NCBI GenBank assembly: GCA_005222965.1
Contig: NJBG01000001.1
Location: 499,061 to 549,532, forward strand
Reading direction: 5' to 3'
Source of the DNA: Candidatus Woesearchaeota archaeon B3_Woes
Lineage (GTDB): Archaea > Nanobdellota > Nanobdellia > Woesearchaeales > B3-WOES
DNA: 50,472 bases
Part shown: positions 18,494 to 28,388 of the stretch, piece after piece
How the letters are laid out: every line of letters begins with the position of its first letter
Position numbering within the stretch: position 1 is the stretch's first letter
The notes under the pieces: generated by a model
The model's database searches: none
The model's input: only the letters and a program-made list of their open reading frames with translations
What the model was told of the DNA's origin: nothing
Translations under genes and position numbers: made by a program

Positions 18494-20781
18494 GTTATAT
18501 CTCCCCACTCTCCTGGTTTACACAACGCTAAAGGATAATATAGATTTTCATCTTCATTGGCATCTGTAGTACATGTCCATTTTTTTTCGAAACAAAAAAT
18601 CCCATCATGTTGACTAGGGTTACACGCTAATTTACATTCTGTTGTCCAGTCTTCATTTCCCCCGCATCCTTCTACTGCAAACAAATCCTCTTGGACATCT
18701 TCTATTTCACCACCATCAACATCTACAGGAGGAGTTGTTGCGACATCCACCTCTCCTCCTTCAATTCCACCACAAGTCATATCTTTATAGATGTGCTGGC
18801 CTTTTAATATTTCGCATCCATCAGGACACAAACACCCATCATCATCAATACATACCCTAGTACATTCTCTTTCAGCGAAAACAGTTCTAACCCCATCTCC
18901 ACCTTTAACTTGTATACCAATTTCTTCATGAATATTATAATCATATTTTGCTACAACTTTTAAATATTTGGTAACTAATGGAACCTCTCCTAACAAATCA
19001 CTCTGATCTTGTACATATAATCTACACAAAATTGTTTCATAATTTTCAATCTCTCTTATTTCAATAGCATCTGATTCTATTTTAAACACATTATGTATCT
19101 TATCATCACATCCTTTTTCTTCCTCACCTATTTCTGAACAAGAAGAACTATCAAATATATAATTTCTTTTTCCTCTACAAGAATAAACTCCTTCTGCATT
19201 TTTTTCTAATTCCATTTCGTTTGGTGTAACTATGTAAAAATCTGTAACTTTTTGTATTTCTCCATCCCACCAATTTGTCAAAGTAGTACCTAATCTAAAA
19301 TCTTTATCAGCACTTAAAGGCGGCTTCCCTACATCTAAACCAATCATTATTGGGCCGTTTGTATATACAGCACGAGGATCTCTATCCACAATCCCATAAT
19401 TTTCTAGAGGATCTATTCCTTCTCTCATTAAGGCCCTTCTTCGTTCTGGATCCATAAAATAAGTCTTAATATAAGCCATCGTTAAAAAATTAAATTTAGC
19501 ATTCATACTAATCTCATGATAACCTTCTATTAATAACCCTGGCTCAAAACTACATTCAATACCTTCTTCTTCAAAACTTTCAACATCAAAAACTTCTTTA
19601 GGATATATCTCCACACCTTCAATCACTTCTCCATCTACAGTACATCCTATCTCCACCTCAATCGGCTCATCAAGAGTTTTAGCAACTAATGTGGCCCATA
19701 TATTTACTGGTTGATCTTCATAAAATTCTGTATCTGCTCCCTGAAGGTCTTCAATATAAACACCAAGCCTTTCTCTGGCTTTTCTATCGATATCTCCTGT
19801 ATAATATTCCCCCAAAGTAGCATTAGCTTGTCCCTCAGCAAAAGAAGTTACAGATGAGGTTACAGACTCTTTTAGATTTTCCCAAGCTTCCGTTACAACT
19901 TTTAGTGCTGATGTTTTATCTTCTCCAGTAATTGTGTCCATCTTAACACCACTAATTTCAGCACCACCCAAGGTAAAGTAAGACAAAACATAAAACATAA
20001 TAACTACAAACCACAAAAAAGATTTCCAACCAGAGTCTCTAGCAAAAAGAAGAGCCACTAAAAACCAAACAGGAACAAGCAATTTAATAGAACTAATAAA
20101 AGGAATATTAGAAAACCAGATTTCTAATGCTGAGAAAAGAAAAAAATCACAAAAAAGAAAGAAAACAAACAAATAATTTACATGCACCCGATCTTCTATA
20201 GAATAATAAAGAACCCATATTAAGACACAAACCCCAAACACAAGATGCAAAACAGCACCTATATTAAACTCCCTATTCATAGCTAAAATCAACCACATGC
20301 CCTCTACAAGAACAAAAAAAGAAAACGCTTCTCGTATATTCCTCTTTTTTAAAAGTATATAACCCAAAATAATTCCTATCACAAAAATATTAGTAAAAAA
20401 TCCAACATAAGGGGCAAAACCCTCTCTTGAAAAATAGAAAGTGTTTACAAAACTACTATACTCAAAACCCTTGAACCCCGTCACAAAAATATCAATAAAA
20501 TACAATGCAACAGCCGCAATCACCCACCAAAAACTTCCACCCTGCCTTCTATTAGAAAAAGAATCATAAAAATTTGTGCCTCTTGATGCTTTTGAGGAGG
20601 GGTTTTCTTTTTCAGCTTTCTTCCTTTCTTCCGCTTCTTTCTTTGCTTGTGCTCTAGCGTTCTTTCTTCCTTTCTTTGAAGCTTCTAATCTTGCTTTTTG
20701 TTCAGCAAGTACAGCTGGATCAACAGGTTCTGGTTCTTCTGCCTTGTTTTTTTTGAAGAATGTAGGTAGCTTAAATTTCAT
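18490..20781 (-). CDS. Large polytopic membrane protein with acidic extracellular domain and Cys-rich tail
   Basis: Charged N-terminus, about 7 hydrophobic segments, acidic beta-rich domain (GPIMIGL, AKYDY), C-terminal Cys clusters; GAGGT SD. Confidence 0.75.
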   Translation of the reverse strand: MKFKLPTFFKKNKAEEPEPVDPAVLAEQKARLEASKKGRKNARAQAKKEAEERKKAEKENPSSKASRGTNFYDSFSNRRQGGSFWWVIAAVALYFIDIFVTGFKGFEYSSFVNTFYFSREGFAPYVGFFTNIFVIGIILGYILLKKRNIREAFSFFVLVEGMWLILAMNREFNIGAVLHLVFGVCVLIWVLYYSIEDRVHVNYLFVFFLFCDFFLFSALEIWFSNIPFISSIKLLVPVWFLVALLFARDSGWKSFLWFVVIMFYVLSYFTLGGAEISGVKMDTITGEDKTSALKVVTEAWENLKESVTSSVTSFAEGQANATLGEYYTGDIDRKARERLGVYIEDLQGADTEFYEDQPVNIWATLVAKTLDEPIEVEIGCTVDGEVIEGVEIYPKEVFDVESFEEEGIECSFEPGLLIEGYHEISMNAKFNFLTMAYIKTYFMDPERRRALMREGIDPLENYGIVDRDPRAVYTNGPIMIGLDVGKPPLSADKDFRLGTTLTNWWDGEIQKVTDFYIVTPNEMELEKNAEGVYSCRGKRNYIFDSSSCSEIGEEEKGCDDKIHNVFKIESDAIEIREIENYETILCRLYVQDQSDLLGEVPLVTKYLKVVAKYDYNIHEEIGIQVKGGDGVRTVFAERECTRVCIDDDGCLCPDGCEILKGQHIYKDMTCGGIEGGEVDVATTPPVDVDGGEIEDVQEDLFAVEGCGGNEDWTTECKLACNPSQHDGIFCFEKKWTCTTDANEDENLYYPLALCKPGEWGDIT

Positions 20782-20807
20782 CCTAACCTCGTAAAGAAAT
20801 AAAAAAA

Positions 20808-22010
20808 TTAATCTTCATCATCATCCTTTTCAATCAATTCAATTTGTATACTAACAATATCAACTGTAGTCTTTGGTATTAATTTAACATAATTCCTACC
20901 TTCCTCAACCCAACTATTAATTTGTTTTTCATAAAAAGGCTCTTCTTGATCAACTCTTCTCATATGACCATTTACATTTATATCAAGCTCTTTGTTTTCA
21001 TCATCATCAACAAATTCTAAAGTTAAATTTGCATCAGATACCCCTCCCATGATGTTCTCCATTTGTTCTTCACTTATCTCAAACCAATATAAAGGAGAAC
21101 TTAGTTCTTCTAATTCTAAATCAATTTCTATAAGATCAATCAGATAACTACCCTCATTAGTCATAAAGATTACATTATTTATTCCAGCATCTAAAGCTCC
21201 AACAGGAACTTCATATCTGTTTAGCATCCCGCAATCAGGAACACCAGAAAATACATTTATATTGTTAACCATAACATCTAATGTTCCAACTTCATTTTGT
21301 TTACAATCTGGATGGAATTTTAAAGTTGCTTTTTCTAAATTATTATATTTCCATGGTTCTAATGTGAATATATTCTTTGTTTTTTGTCTGCTAATGTCTG
21401 TTACATCCCCTATAATCTTCACACCCTCAAAATTATATTCATTTGTACTCCAAAAAGCAAGACCTACTCCAGAAACACTAAACTTTAAAGTATTGCCCTC
21501 ATCATTAAAATATTGTTTTCTTAACTTAATAGGTTCAACATTTTGGGTTGTAATTAAACTTTCATAAATATTGTTTCCATTAAGGTCTACTGACAAAACA
21601 CCAGAATGTTTTCTAACAGAAAAACTTAGAATTATATTATCGCTATTATCTAAATTATCTATAAAAAAACTCTTTTCAACAATTTTTTCATCAAACCAGC
21701 CCTTCCTAATAGAAAAGTCATTAAACACTTCAAGCTCTTTAGCATTAGTGGTTTTGTAAAGCTTAAACGATGGAATATCAATCTCAAATTCGTCACCCTT
21801 TAGATAATCCAATCTTCCAGGCTCTTCATCCAATAAAACACTTACTTCCTCATCCTCACTATCTACATTCCCATTATTATCTCCTTCCTCACCCAATAAA
21901 TCTGCCCTTTCAGCAGGCTCTAAAAATAGAATATAAAGAATAATCAAACCAGCAATTATAGCAACTAATCCTGCAGCTCCTCCACCACTTTGCCCTCTTT
22001 TTTTAACCAT
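20808..22010 (-). CDS. Acidic exported protein with class III (pilin-like) signal peptide
   Basis: MVKKRG/QS followed by hydrophobic AAGLVAIIAGLIILYILFL; acidic beta-rich body; start taken at ATG 22010 after AGGTGA SD. Confidence 0.65.
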   Translation of the reverse strand: MVKKRGQSGGGAAGLVAIIAGLIILYILFLEPAERADLLGEEGDNNGNVDSEDEEVSVLLDEEPGRLDYLKGDEFEIDIPSFKLYKTTNAKELEVFNDFSIRKGWFDEKIVEKSFFIDNLDNSDNIILSFSVRKHSGVLSVDLNGNNIYESLITTQNVEPIKLRKQYFNDEGNTLKFSVSGVGLAFWSTNEYNFEGVKIIGDVTDISRQKTKNIFTLEPWKYNNLEKATLKFHPDCKQNEVGTLDVMVNNINVFSGVPDCGMLNRYEVPVGALDAGINNVIFMTNEGSYLIDLIEIDLELEELSSPLYWFEISEEQMENIMGGVSDANLTLEFVDDDENKELDINVNGHMRRVDQEEPFYEKQINSWVEEGRNYVKLIPKTTVDIVSIQIELIEKDDDED

Positions 22011-22071
22011 AAACGTCACCTACTCTCAAATAATAAATAACTTTATATATAAATCTTTTTATTTTAACAAT

Positions 22072-23127
22072 ATGAAAATAATTAACCAAAATCTCAAAAA
22101 AGGAGAAATAAAATTAAAAATAGAAAATCTAGATGATATATGGTATCTAAGCCATATAATAGATAAAAATGATATTATTAAAGGAAAAACCACAAGAAAA
22201 GTAAAGATAGGAGAACAGGAACAAAGAAATCAAAAAATAGTAAAAAAACAAGTTTTCATAAAACTTCAAACAGAAAAAACAGAATTTACAAACAATTCCT
22301 TAAGAGTTTCTGGAAAAATCATTGAAGCGCCAGAAGACATCCCCTTAGCATCATACCACACATTTAATCTAGAAGAAAACACAACCATAAACATAATAAA
22401 AGAAAAATGGTTAAAATTTCAGCTTGATAAATTAAAAGAAGCATCTCAAGAAACAAAATCAAAAATACTTATTGTAGTTTTAGATAGGGAAGAATCAATA
22501 TTTGCATTAATGAAAAAAAGTGGATATAAATTATTAACAAAGATTAAAGGAAACGTAACCAAAAAAGCAGCCGAAGAAAAAATAAAATCAAATTTTTATT
22601 CTGAAATAATCAATAAAGTTAAAGAATATGACAAAAGATACAATTTTAGCAAAATAATAATAGCTTCTCCAATTTTCTGGAAAGAAGAATTAATGAAAGA
22701 ATTAAAAGATAAAGATTTAAAACAAAAAATAATCCAAGCAACATGTTCTTCTGCAAATGTAGACGGAATTACAGAAGTTCTAAAAAGACCAGAAACCCAG
22801 GAAGCACTAAAACAAGATAGAATAACAAAAGAAATAAATCTAGTTGAAGAATTATTAAAAGAAATTTCTAAAAATAATTTAGCAGCATATGGTATAAACC
22901 AAACAGAAAAAGCGATCGAAGCAGGAGCAGTAAAAACATTAATTCTAACAGACTCTTTTATTCAAAAACAAAGAGAAAAAGAAAATTATGAAAAGATAGA
23001 TTTAATGTTAAAAAACACAGAAGAAATAAAAGGCTCAGTCAATATAATTTCTGCAGAACATGAAGGAGGAAAAAAATTAAACGGCTTAGGCGGAATTGGC
23101 GCACTACTAAGATACAAATTAATATAA
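22072..23127 (+). CDS. pelA: mRNA surveillance protein Pelota
   Basis: ENLDDIWYL, LRVSGKI, YHTFN, AAYG, HEGGKKLNGLGGIGALLRY. Confidence 0.96.
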   Translation: MKIINQNLKKGEIKLKIENLDDIWYLSHIIDKNDIIKGKTTRKVKIGEQEQRNQKIVKKQVFIKLQTEKTEFTNNSLRVSGKIIEAPEDIPLASYHTFNLEENTTINIIKEKWLKFQLDKLKEASQETKSKILIVVLDREESIFALMKKSGYKLLTKIKGNVTKKAAEEKIKSNFYSEIINKVKEYDKRYNFSKIIIASPIFWKEELMKELKDKDLKQKIIQATCSSANVDGITEVLKRPETQEALKQDRITKEINLVEELLKEISKNNLAAYGINQTEKAIEAGAVKTLILTDSFIQKQREKENYEKIDLMLKNTEEIKGSVNIISAEHEGGKKLNGLGGIGALLRYKLI

Positions 23128-23237
23128 TCTTTTCAAATTACTTTAATTCTAAACAAAACTTTTATATATTAAACCAAATGTTCCATCCACATAACTTAAA
23201 AAATAAAATTATTATTAAAATTTAAAGGGGAGATAAA

Positions 23238-25244
23238 ATGGACACAACACTAATAACTGTAATCATAATTTCTATTTTGGCATTGGTTTTTGCCTTGGTA
23301 AAATATATATCAATATCTCGGAAAGATCAAGGAGACGAAAAAACAAAAGAAATCGCAAAACTTATTCATGACGGCGCAATGGCTTTTTTAAAAAAAGAAT
23401 ACAAACTTCTTTCTATATTTATAATGGTTTTTGGAGTTATTCTCTATTTTATTGATACAACTCCTGTCAACTTCCAAGGAGAAATGACAGTATGCTTCTT
23501 AATTGGTGCATTGTTTTCTGCAGCAGCAGGAAACATTGGTATGAGGATAGCAACAAAAGCGAATGTAAGAACTGCAATCGCTTCAAAAAAATCACTTAAC
23601 GACGGATTAAATATAGCTTTTTCATCTGGAACAGTTATGGGTATGAGTGTTGTAGGATTAGGTCTTCTAGGAGTAACAGGATTATATATGTGGCTTGGAA
23701 ACCCAAACATAATATTTAGTTTTGGTTTTGGAGCATCTTCAATAGCCCTTTTTGCTAGAGTTGGTGGGGGAATTTACACAAAAGCAGCAGATGTTGGAGC
23801 AGATCTTGTTGGAAAAGTTGAAAAAAACATTCCAGAAGATGACCCAAGAAATCCAGCAACAATTGCTGATAATGTAGGGGATAATGTAGGAGATGTAGCT
23901 GGAATGGGTGCAGATCTTTTTGAAAGTTATGTTGACTCGATTATTGCAGCAATGGTTCTTGGTATTCTTATCACATCATCAATAAAAAACGCAGTTATAC
24001 TCCCTCTTGTATTAGCAGGAGTAGGAATAATTTGTTCATTAATTGGGGTTTCATTTGTAAAAACCAAGAGAAAAAGCGGTGCAGCATCAGCTTTAAACAA
24101 AGGAATATTTGGTGCAGCAGGACTTATGGCCATATTATCTCCTTTGATTATATTAAAAATGACAGGAAGTCTTAACTTTTATCTAGCAACAATATCTGGC
24201 TTAGGCGCAGGTATTGCAATAGGCCTTTCAACAGAATACTATACATCTAATGAAAGAAAACCAGCAAAAACAATTGCAAACGCATCAAAAACAGGACCAG
24301 CAACAAATATAATAACTGGAATTTCTACAGGTATGATATCAACAATAATACCTGTTTTAGCAGTTTGTGTTGCAATGGGCCTTGCATTTTATTTTGGGAT
24401 GGGAGTAACAAATTCAGCAATAGGAGGAATGTATGGTATTGCAATAGCAGCAGTAGGGATGCTTTCTACACTTGGAATAACTTTAGCAACAGATAGTTAT
24501 GGCCCTGTTGCAGATAATGCAGCAGGAATTGCAGAAATGGCAGGACTAGGAAAAGATGTAAGAAAAAGAACAGAAAGCCTAGACGCAGTAGGAAACACAA
24601 CAGCAGCAATTGGAAAAGGATTTGCAATAGGATCAGCAGCTTTAACAGCATTAGCTTTATTTGTTACGTTTTCACAAGTTACAGGAATGGAAGTAATAAA
24701 TTTAATGAACCATAAAGTTGTTATTGGATTATTTATTGGAGGATTACTTCCTTTTGTGTTTTCAGCACTTACTATGAATGCTGTTGGAAAAGCAGCAGAA
24801 GACATGGTTATTGAAGTAAGAAGACAGTTTAAAACAATAAAAGGACTTATGCAAGGAAAAGCAAAACCAAACTACAAAAAGTGCATAGACATATCAACAG
24901 ACGCAGCATTAAAACAAATGATGCTACCTAGTCTAATAGCTATAATAACTCCAATTTTAATAGGGTTATGGAGTCCTGAAGCTGTTGGTGGTCTTATTGC
25001 AGGGACTCTTGTTACTGGATTCCTTTTAGCAGTTTTCATGGCAAATGCAGGTGGAGCATGGGACAATGCTAAGAAATATGTAGAAGAAGGAAATTTGGGT
25101 GGGAAAGGATCTGAAGTTCACAAAGCAGCAGTTGTTGGAGATACTGTGGGAGATCCATTCAAAGACACAAGTGGTCCATCTCTGAATATATTGATAAAAC
25201 TTATATCAATAGTTGCTTTAGTATTCCTTCCTTTATTCTTATAA
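23238..25244 (+). CDS. hppA: Membrane-bound ion-translocating pyrophosphatase, K+-dependent (probably Na+-PPase)
   Basis: [35 protein letters not shown] (Ala marks the K+-dependent class), [14 protein letters not shown]. Confidence 0.96.
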   Translation: MDTTLITVIIISILALVFALVKYISISRKDQGDEKTKEIAKLIHDGAMAFLKKEYKLLSIFIMVFGVILYFIDTTPVNFQGEMTVCFLIGALFSAAAGNIGMRIATKANVRTAIASKKSLNDGLNIAFSSGTVMGMSVVGLGLLGVTGLYMWLGNPNIIFSFGFGASSIALFARVGGGIYTKAADVGADLVGKVEKNIPEDDPRNPATIADNVGDNVGDVAGMGADLFESYVDSIIAAMVLGILITSSIKNAVILPLVLAGVGIICSLIGVSFVKTKRKSGAASALNKGIFGAAGLMAILSPLIILKMTGSLNFYLATISGLGAGIAIGLSTEYYTSNERKPAKTIANASKTGPATNIITGISTGMISTIIPVLAVCVAMGLAFYFGMGVTNSAIGGMYGIAIAAVGMLSTLGITLATDSYGPVADNAAGIAEMAGLGKDVRKRTESLDAVGNTTAAIGKGFAIGSAALTALALFVTFSQVTGMEVINLMNHKVVIGLFIGGLLPFVFSALTMNAVGKAAEDMVIEVRRQFKTIKGLMQGKAKPNYKKCIDISTDAALKQMMLPSLIAIITPILIGLWSPEAVGGLIAGTLVTGFLLAVFMANAGGAWDNAKKYVEEGNLGGKGSEVHKAAVVGDTVGDPFKDTSGPSLNILIKLISIVALVFLPLFL

Positions 25245-25312
25245 TTAAAGCAACTTTTATTTTTATATTTTTAAATCGAAACATTTTTATCTATTAAAAA
25301 ATAGAGAAGACT

Positions 25313-27268
25313 ATGCCTAAAAATTCTAATACAAAAAATAAATTTTACCCACCAAAGGAATTTCAAAAAAAAGCCCACATAAATAATCTCAAAGAATATC
25401 AAAAAATCTACAAAGAATCTATTTCTAATCCTGAAAAATTCTGGGCAGAAAAAGCAGAACAATTAGATTGGTTTAAAAAATGGAACATAATATTCAAATA
25501 TACTAAAAAACCATTTATGAAATGGTTTGAGGGTGGAAAACTTAATGTTTCTTATAACTGTCTTGATAGACACCTAACAACCAAAAGAAAAAATAAACCA
25601 GCAATAATTTGGCAAGGCGAGTCAGAAAAAGACAAAAGAATTATCACTTATCAACAACTCCACAAGGAAGTCTGTAAATTTGCTAATGTTCTCAAGAAAA
25701 AAGGAATCAAAAAAGGAGATAGGATAATAATGTATATGCCTATGATTCCAGAACTTGCAATATCTATGTTGGCTTGTACACGTATAGGGGCAATACACAG
25801 CGTTGTGTTTTGTGGTTTTAGTGCATCAGCATTACAAAGCAGAATAAAAGATTGTAAAGCAAAAATGCTAATCACTTCTGACGGAAACATAAGAAAAGGC
25901 AAAGCCCTAAATGTGAAAGAAACAGTTGATGAAGCTCTCAAAGGAATCAAAACAATTAAATCAGTAATAATATGCAAAAGGGCCAAAAACAAAATAAAAA
26001 TTAAAAAAGGAAGAGATTTCTGGTGGCATGATGAAATAAATGCTAAAGATATTTCTAATAAATGTGAACCAAGACCAATGAACGCCGAAGATCCTTTGTT
26101 TATTTTATACACTTCAGGAACAACAGGAAAACCAAAAGGATTAATCCACACAACAGCAGGATATCTATTATACACTTATCAAACATTTAAATGGATTTTT
26201 GATATTAAAGAAAAAGACGTATATTGGTGCACCGCCGACATAGGATGGATAACGGGCCATAGTTATATTGTATATGGGCCATTGGCTAATGGAGCAACAA
26301 CCGTAATGTATGAAGGGGTTATAACTTATCCAGATCCAGGAAGAGCATGGAAAATTGTTGAAAAATTCAAAGTTAATATTTTCTATACAGCACCAACACT
26401 AATCAGATCCTTAACAAGAGAAGGCGACAAATGGCCTAAAAAATATAACCTAAACAGTTTAAGATTATTGGGTTCAGTAGGAGAACCAATAAATCCAGAT
26501 TCCTGGCTTTGGTATTATAATGTTATTGGAAAGAAAAAATGTCCTATTGTAGATACGTGGTGGCAAACAGAAACAGGCGGAATTTTAATATCCCCTTTAC
26601 CAGGATTAAATCCATTAAAACCAGGCTCAGCAACAAAACCATTCCCAGGAATACAAGCAGAAATCTACAAAGAAAATGGAAAAAAAGCAAAACCAAACAA
26701 AAGCGGGTACTTAATTATAAAAAAACCATGGCCAGGTTTAGCAAGAACAATATGGGGGGATTCTAAAAGATATAAAGAAACTTACTTTTCTAAATTTAAA
26801 GAGATATATCTCACAGGAGACGAAGCAAAAAAAGACAAAGAAGGATATTTCTGGATAATGGGTAGGTTAGACGACGTAATAAATGTATCAGGCCATAGAC
26901 TTGGAACAGCAGAAATTGAAAGCGCAATAGTGACTCATAATAAAGTAGCAGAATCAGCAGTTGTTCCTTTTCCTTGCCCAATAAAAGGACAAGGCATCTA
27001 TGCTTTTGTAACTCTAAAAAAAGGAGTTAAAAAAAGCAAAGATCTTAAAAAAGAAATAATACAACAAGTTAGAAAAGAAATAGGACCAATAGCAAAACCA
27101 GACAAAATTCAATTTGCAGACGCCTTACCAAAAACAAGAAGCGGGAAAATAATGAGAAGAATTCTAAAAGCAATTGCAGAAGGAAAGGAAGATGTCGGAA
27201 ACACCACGACTTTAGCAGACCCCTCTGTTGTTGAGATTCTAAAACAAGAGAAACAAAACACCCATTAA
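25313..27268 (+). CDS. acs: AMP-forming acetyl-CoA synthetase
   Basis: [56 protein letters not shown]. Confidence 0.96.
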   Translation: MPKNSNTKNKFYPPKEFQKKAHINNLKEYQKIYKESISNPEKFWAEKAEQLDWFKKWNIIFKYTKKPFMKWFEGGKLNVSYNCLDRHLTTKRKNKPAIIWQGESEKDKRIITYQQLHKEVCKFANVLKKKGIKKGDRIIMYMPMIPELAISMLACTRIGAIHSVVFCGFSASALQSRIKDCKAKMLITSDGNIRKGKALNVKETVDEALKGIKTIKSVIICKRAKNKIKIKKGRDFWWHDEINAKDISNKCEPRPMNAEDPLFILYTSGTTGKPKGLIHTTAGYLLYTYQTFKWIFDIKEKDVYWCTADIGWITGHSYIVYGPLANGATTVMYEGVITYPDPGRAWKIVEKFKVNIFYTAPTLIRSLTREGDKWPKKYNLNSLRLLGSVGEPINPDSWLWYYNVIGKKKCPIVDTWWQTETGGILISPLPGLNPLKPGSATKPFPGIQAEIYKENGKKAKPNKSGYLIIKKPWPGLARTIWGDSKRYKETYFSKFKEIYLTGDEAKKDKEGYFWIMGRLDDVINVSGHRLGTAEIESAIVTHNKVAESAVVPFPCPIKGQGIYAFVTLKKGVKKSKDLKKEIIQQVRKEIGPIAKPDKIQFADALPKTRSGKIMRRILKAIAEGKEDVGNTTTLADPSVVEILKQEKQNTH

Positions 27269-27284
27269 AGATATTTTACACTAT

Positions 27285-27352
27285 ACAAATACTTAAATAC
27301 TAGTATGTTCTCATAAAATTATTATAAACTCCCGAGTGAAAAGAGTTTGTTG
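27285..27352 (+). promoter_or_regulatory. Putative trmB promoter/operator with downstream hairpin
   Basis: TATA-like TTAAATA inside TACT-N8-AGTA (27290-27305); palindrome ATACTAGTAT 27297-27306; AAACTC/GAGTTT stem. Confidence 0.35.
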
Positions 27353-27466
27353 TTATTGTAAAGTAAAATAGAAAAGATTATGTCAAAATAGTAACATTTT
27401 AATAGTAGTTCCTTTTATTTACTAACTAGCAACAAAATTTTTTTTAAATAAAAGGGGTGTAATAAC

Positions 27467-28282
27467 ATGATAGTAAAAGACGATTTTTTAAGTAAGCTAA
27501 GAAGGTATTTTGCACTAAATCTTTATGAGGTTAAAATTTGGACTGCTTTGTTGTCTAGAGGGGTTTCAACAGCAGGAGAACTATCAGATATAGCAAATGT
27601 ACCAAGATCTAGAAGTTATGATGTACTAGAAAGCCTAGAAAAAAAAGGGTTTGTAGTAATGAAAATAGGCAAACCAATAAAATATCTTGCAGTTGCACCT
27701 ACAGAAGTAGTAGAAAGAGTAAAGAAAAATATGAGGTCAGATGCAGACCAGAAAATTAATAAATTAGATAGCCTAAAAAAAGGAGACGTTCTCAAAGAAT
27801 TATCTACCCTCCATACACAAGGCGTAGAATTAATTGAACCAGGAGATCTTGGAGGAAGTTTGCGCGGTAGACATAACCTATATAATCATTTAGAACTAAC
27901 CATGAAAAACGCCAAAGAATCTGTTGTACTACAAACAACAACACAAGGCCTAATAAGAAAAGTTGATGGTCTAAAACCAGTATTTGAAAAACTAAAAAAA
28001 CGTGGCGTCAATATAAGAGTAGCAGCACCTTTAACCAAAGAAACAAAAGCAGCTGTGAAAGAACTAAACGGTCTTGCAGAAGTAAGACACACAACAGAAA
28101 GAGGAAGATTTTGTATTGTGGATGCTAATGAACTTGTATTTATGTTATTAGATGATGATAAAGTTCATCCAACATATGATACAGGAATATGGGTAAACAC
28201 CCCTTTCTTTGCTTCAACAATGAATAGCATGTTTAATCAAACCTGGAAATCAATGAAACCAGCCGAAGCAGCTTTAAAATAA
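27467..28282 (+). CDS. TrmB-family transcriptional regulator
   Basis: LNLYEVKIWTALL, ANVPRSRSYDVLESLEKKG wHTH; C-terminal effector-like domain. Confidence 0.92.
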   Translation: MIVKDDFLSKLRRYFALNLYEVKIWTALLSRGVSTAGELSDIANVPRSRSYDVLESLEKKGFVVMKIGKPIKYLAVAPTEVVERVKKNMRSDADQKINKLDSLKKGDVLKELSTLHTQGVELIEPGDLGGSLRGRHNLYNHLELTMKNAKESVVLQTTTQGLIRKVDGLKPVFEKLKKRGVNIRVAAPLTKETKAAVKELNGLAEVRHTTERGRFCIVDANELVFMLLDDDKVHPTYDTGIWVNTPFFASTMNSMFNQTWKSMKPAEAALK

Positions 28283-28316
28283 TTTTCTTTTTTATTCACT
28301 TTATTTTAGTTTTTAG
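28283..28316 (+). terminator. T-rich archaeal terminator-like tract after the TrmB gene
   Basis: Consecutive oligo-T runs immediately after the stop codon. Confidence 0.4.
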
Positions 28317-28388
28317 TTGAAAAACTCTAAATTTGCCTTTTTTCAAATTAAAAAAATTTATATAAACACTTAGTTTCCCTTTTAAAAT

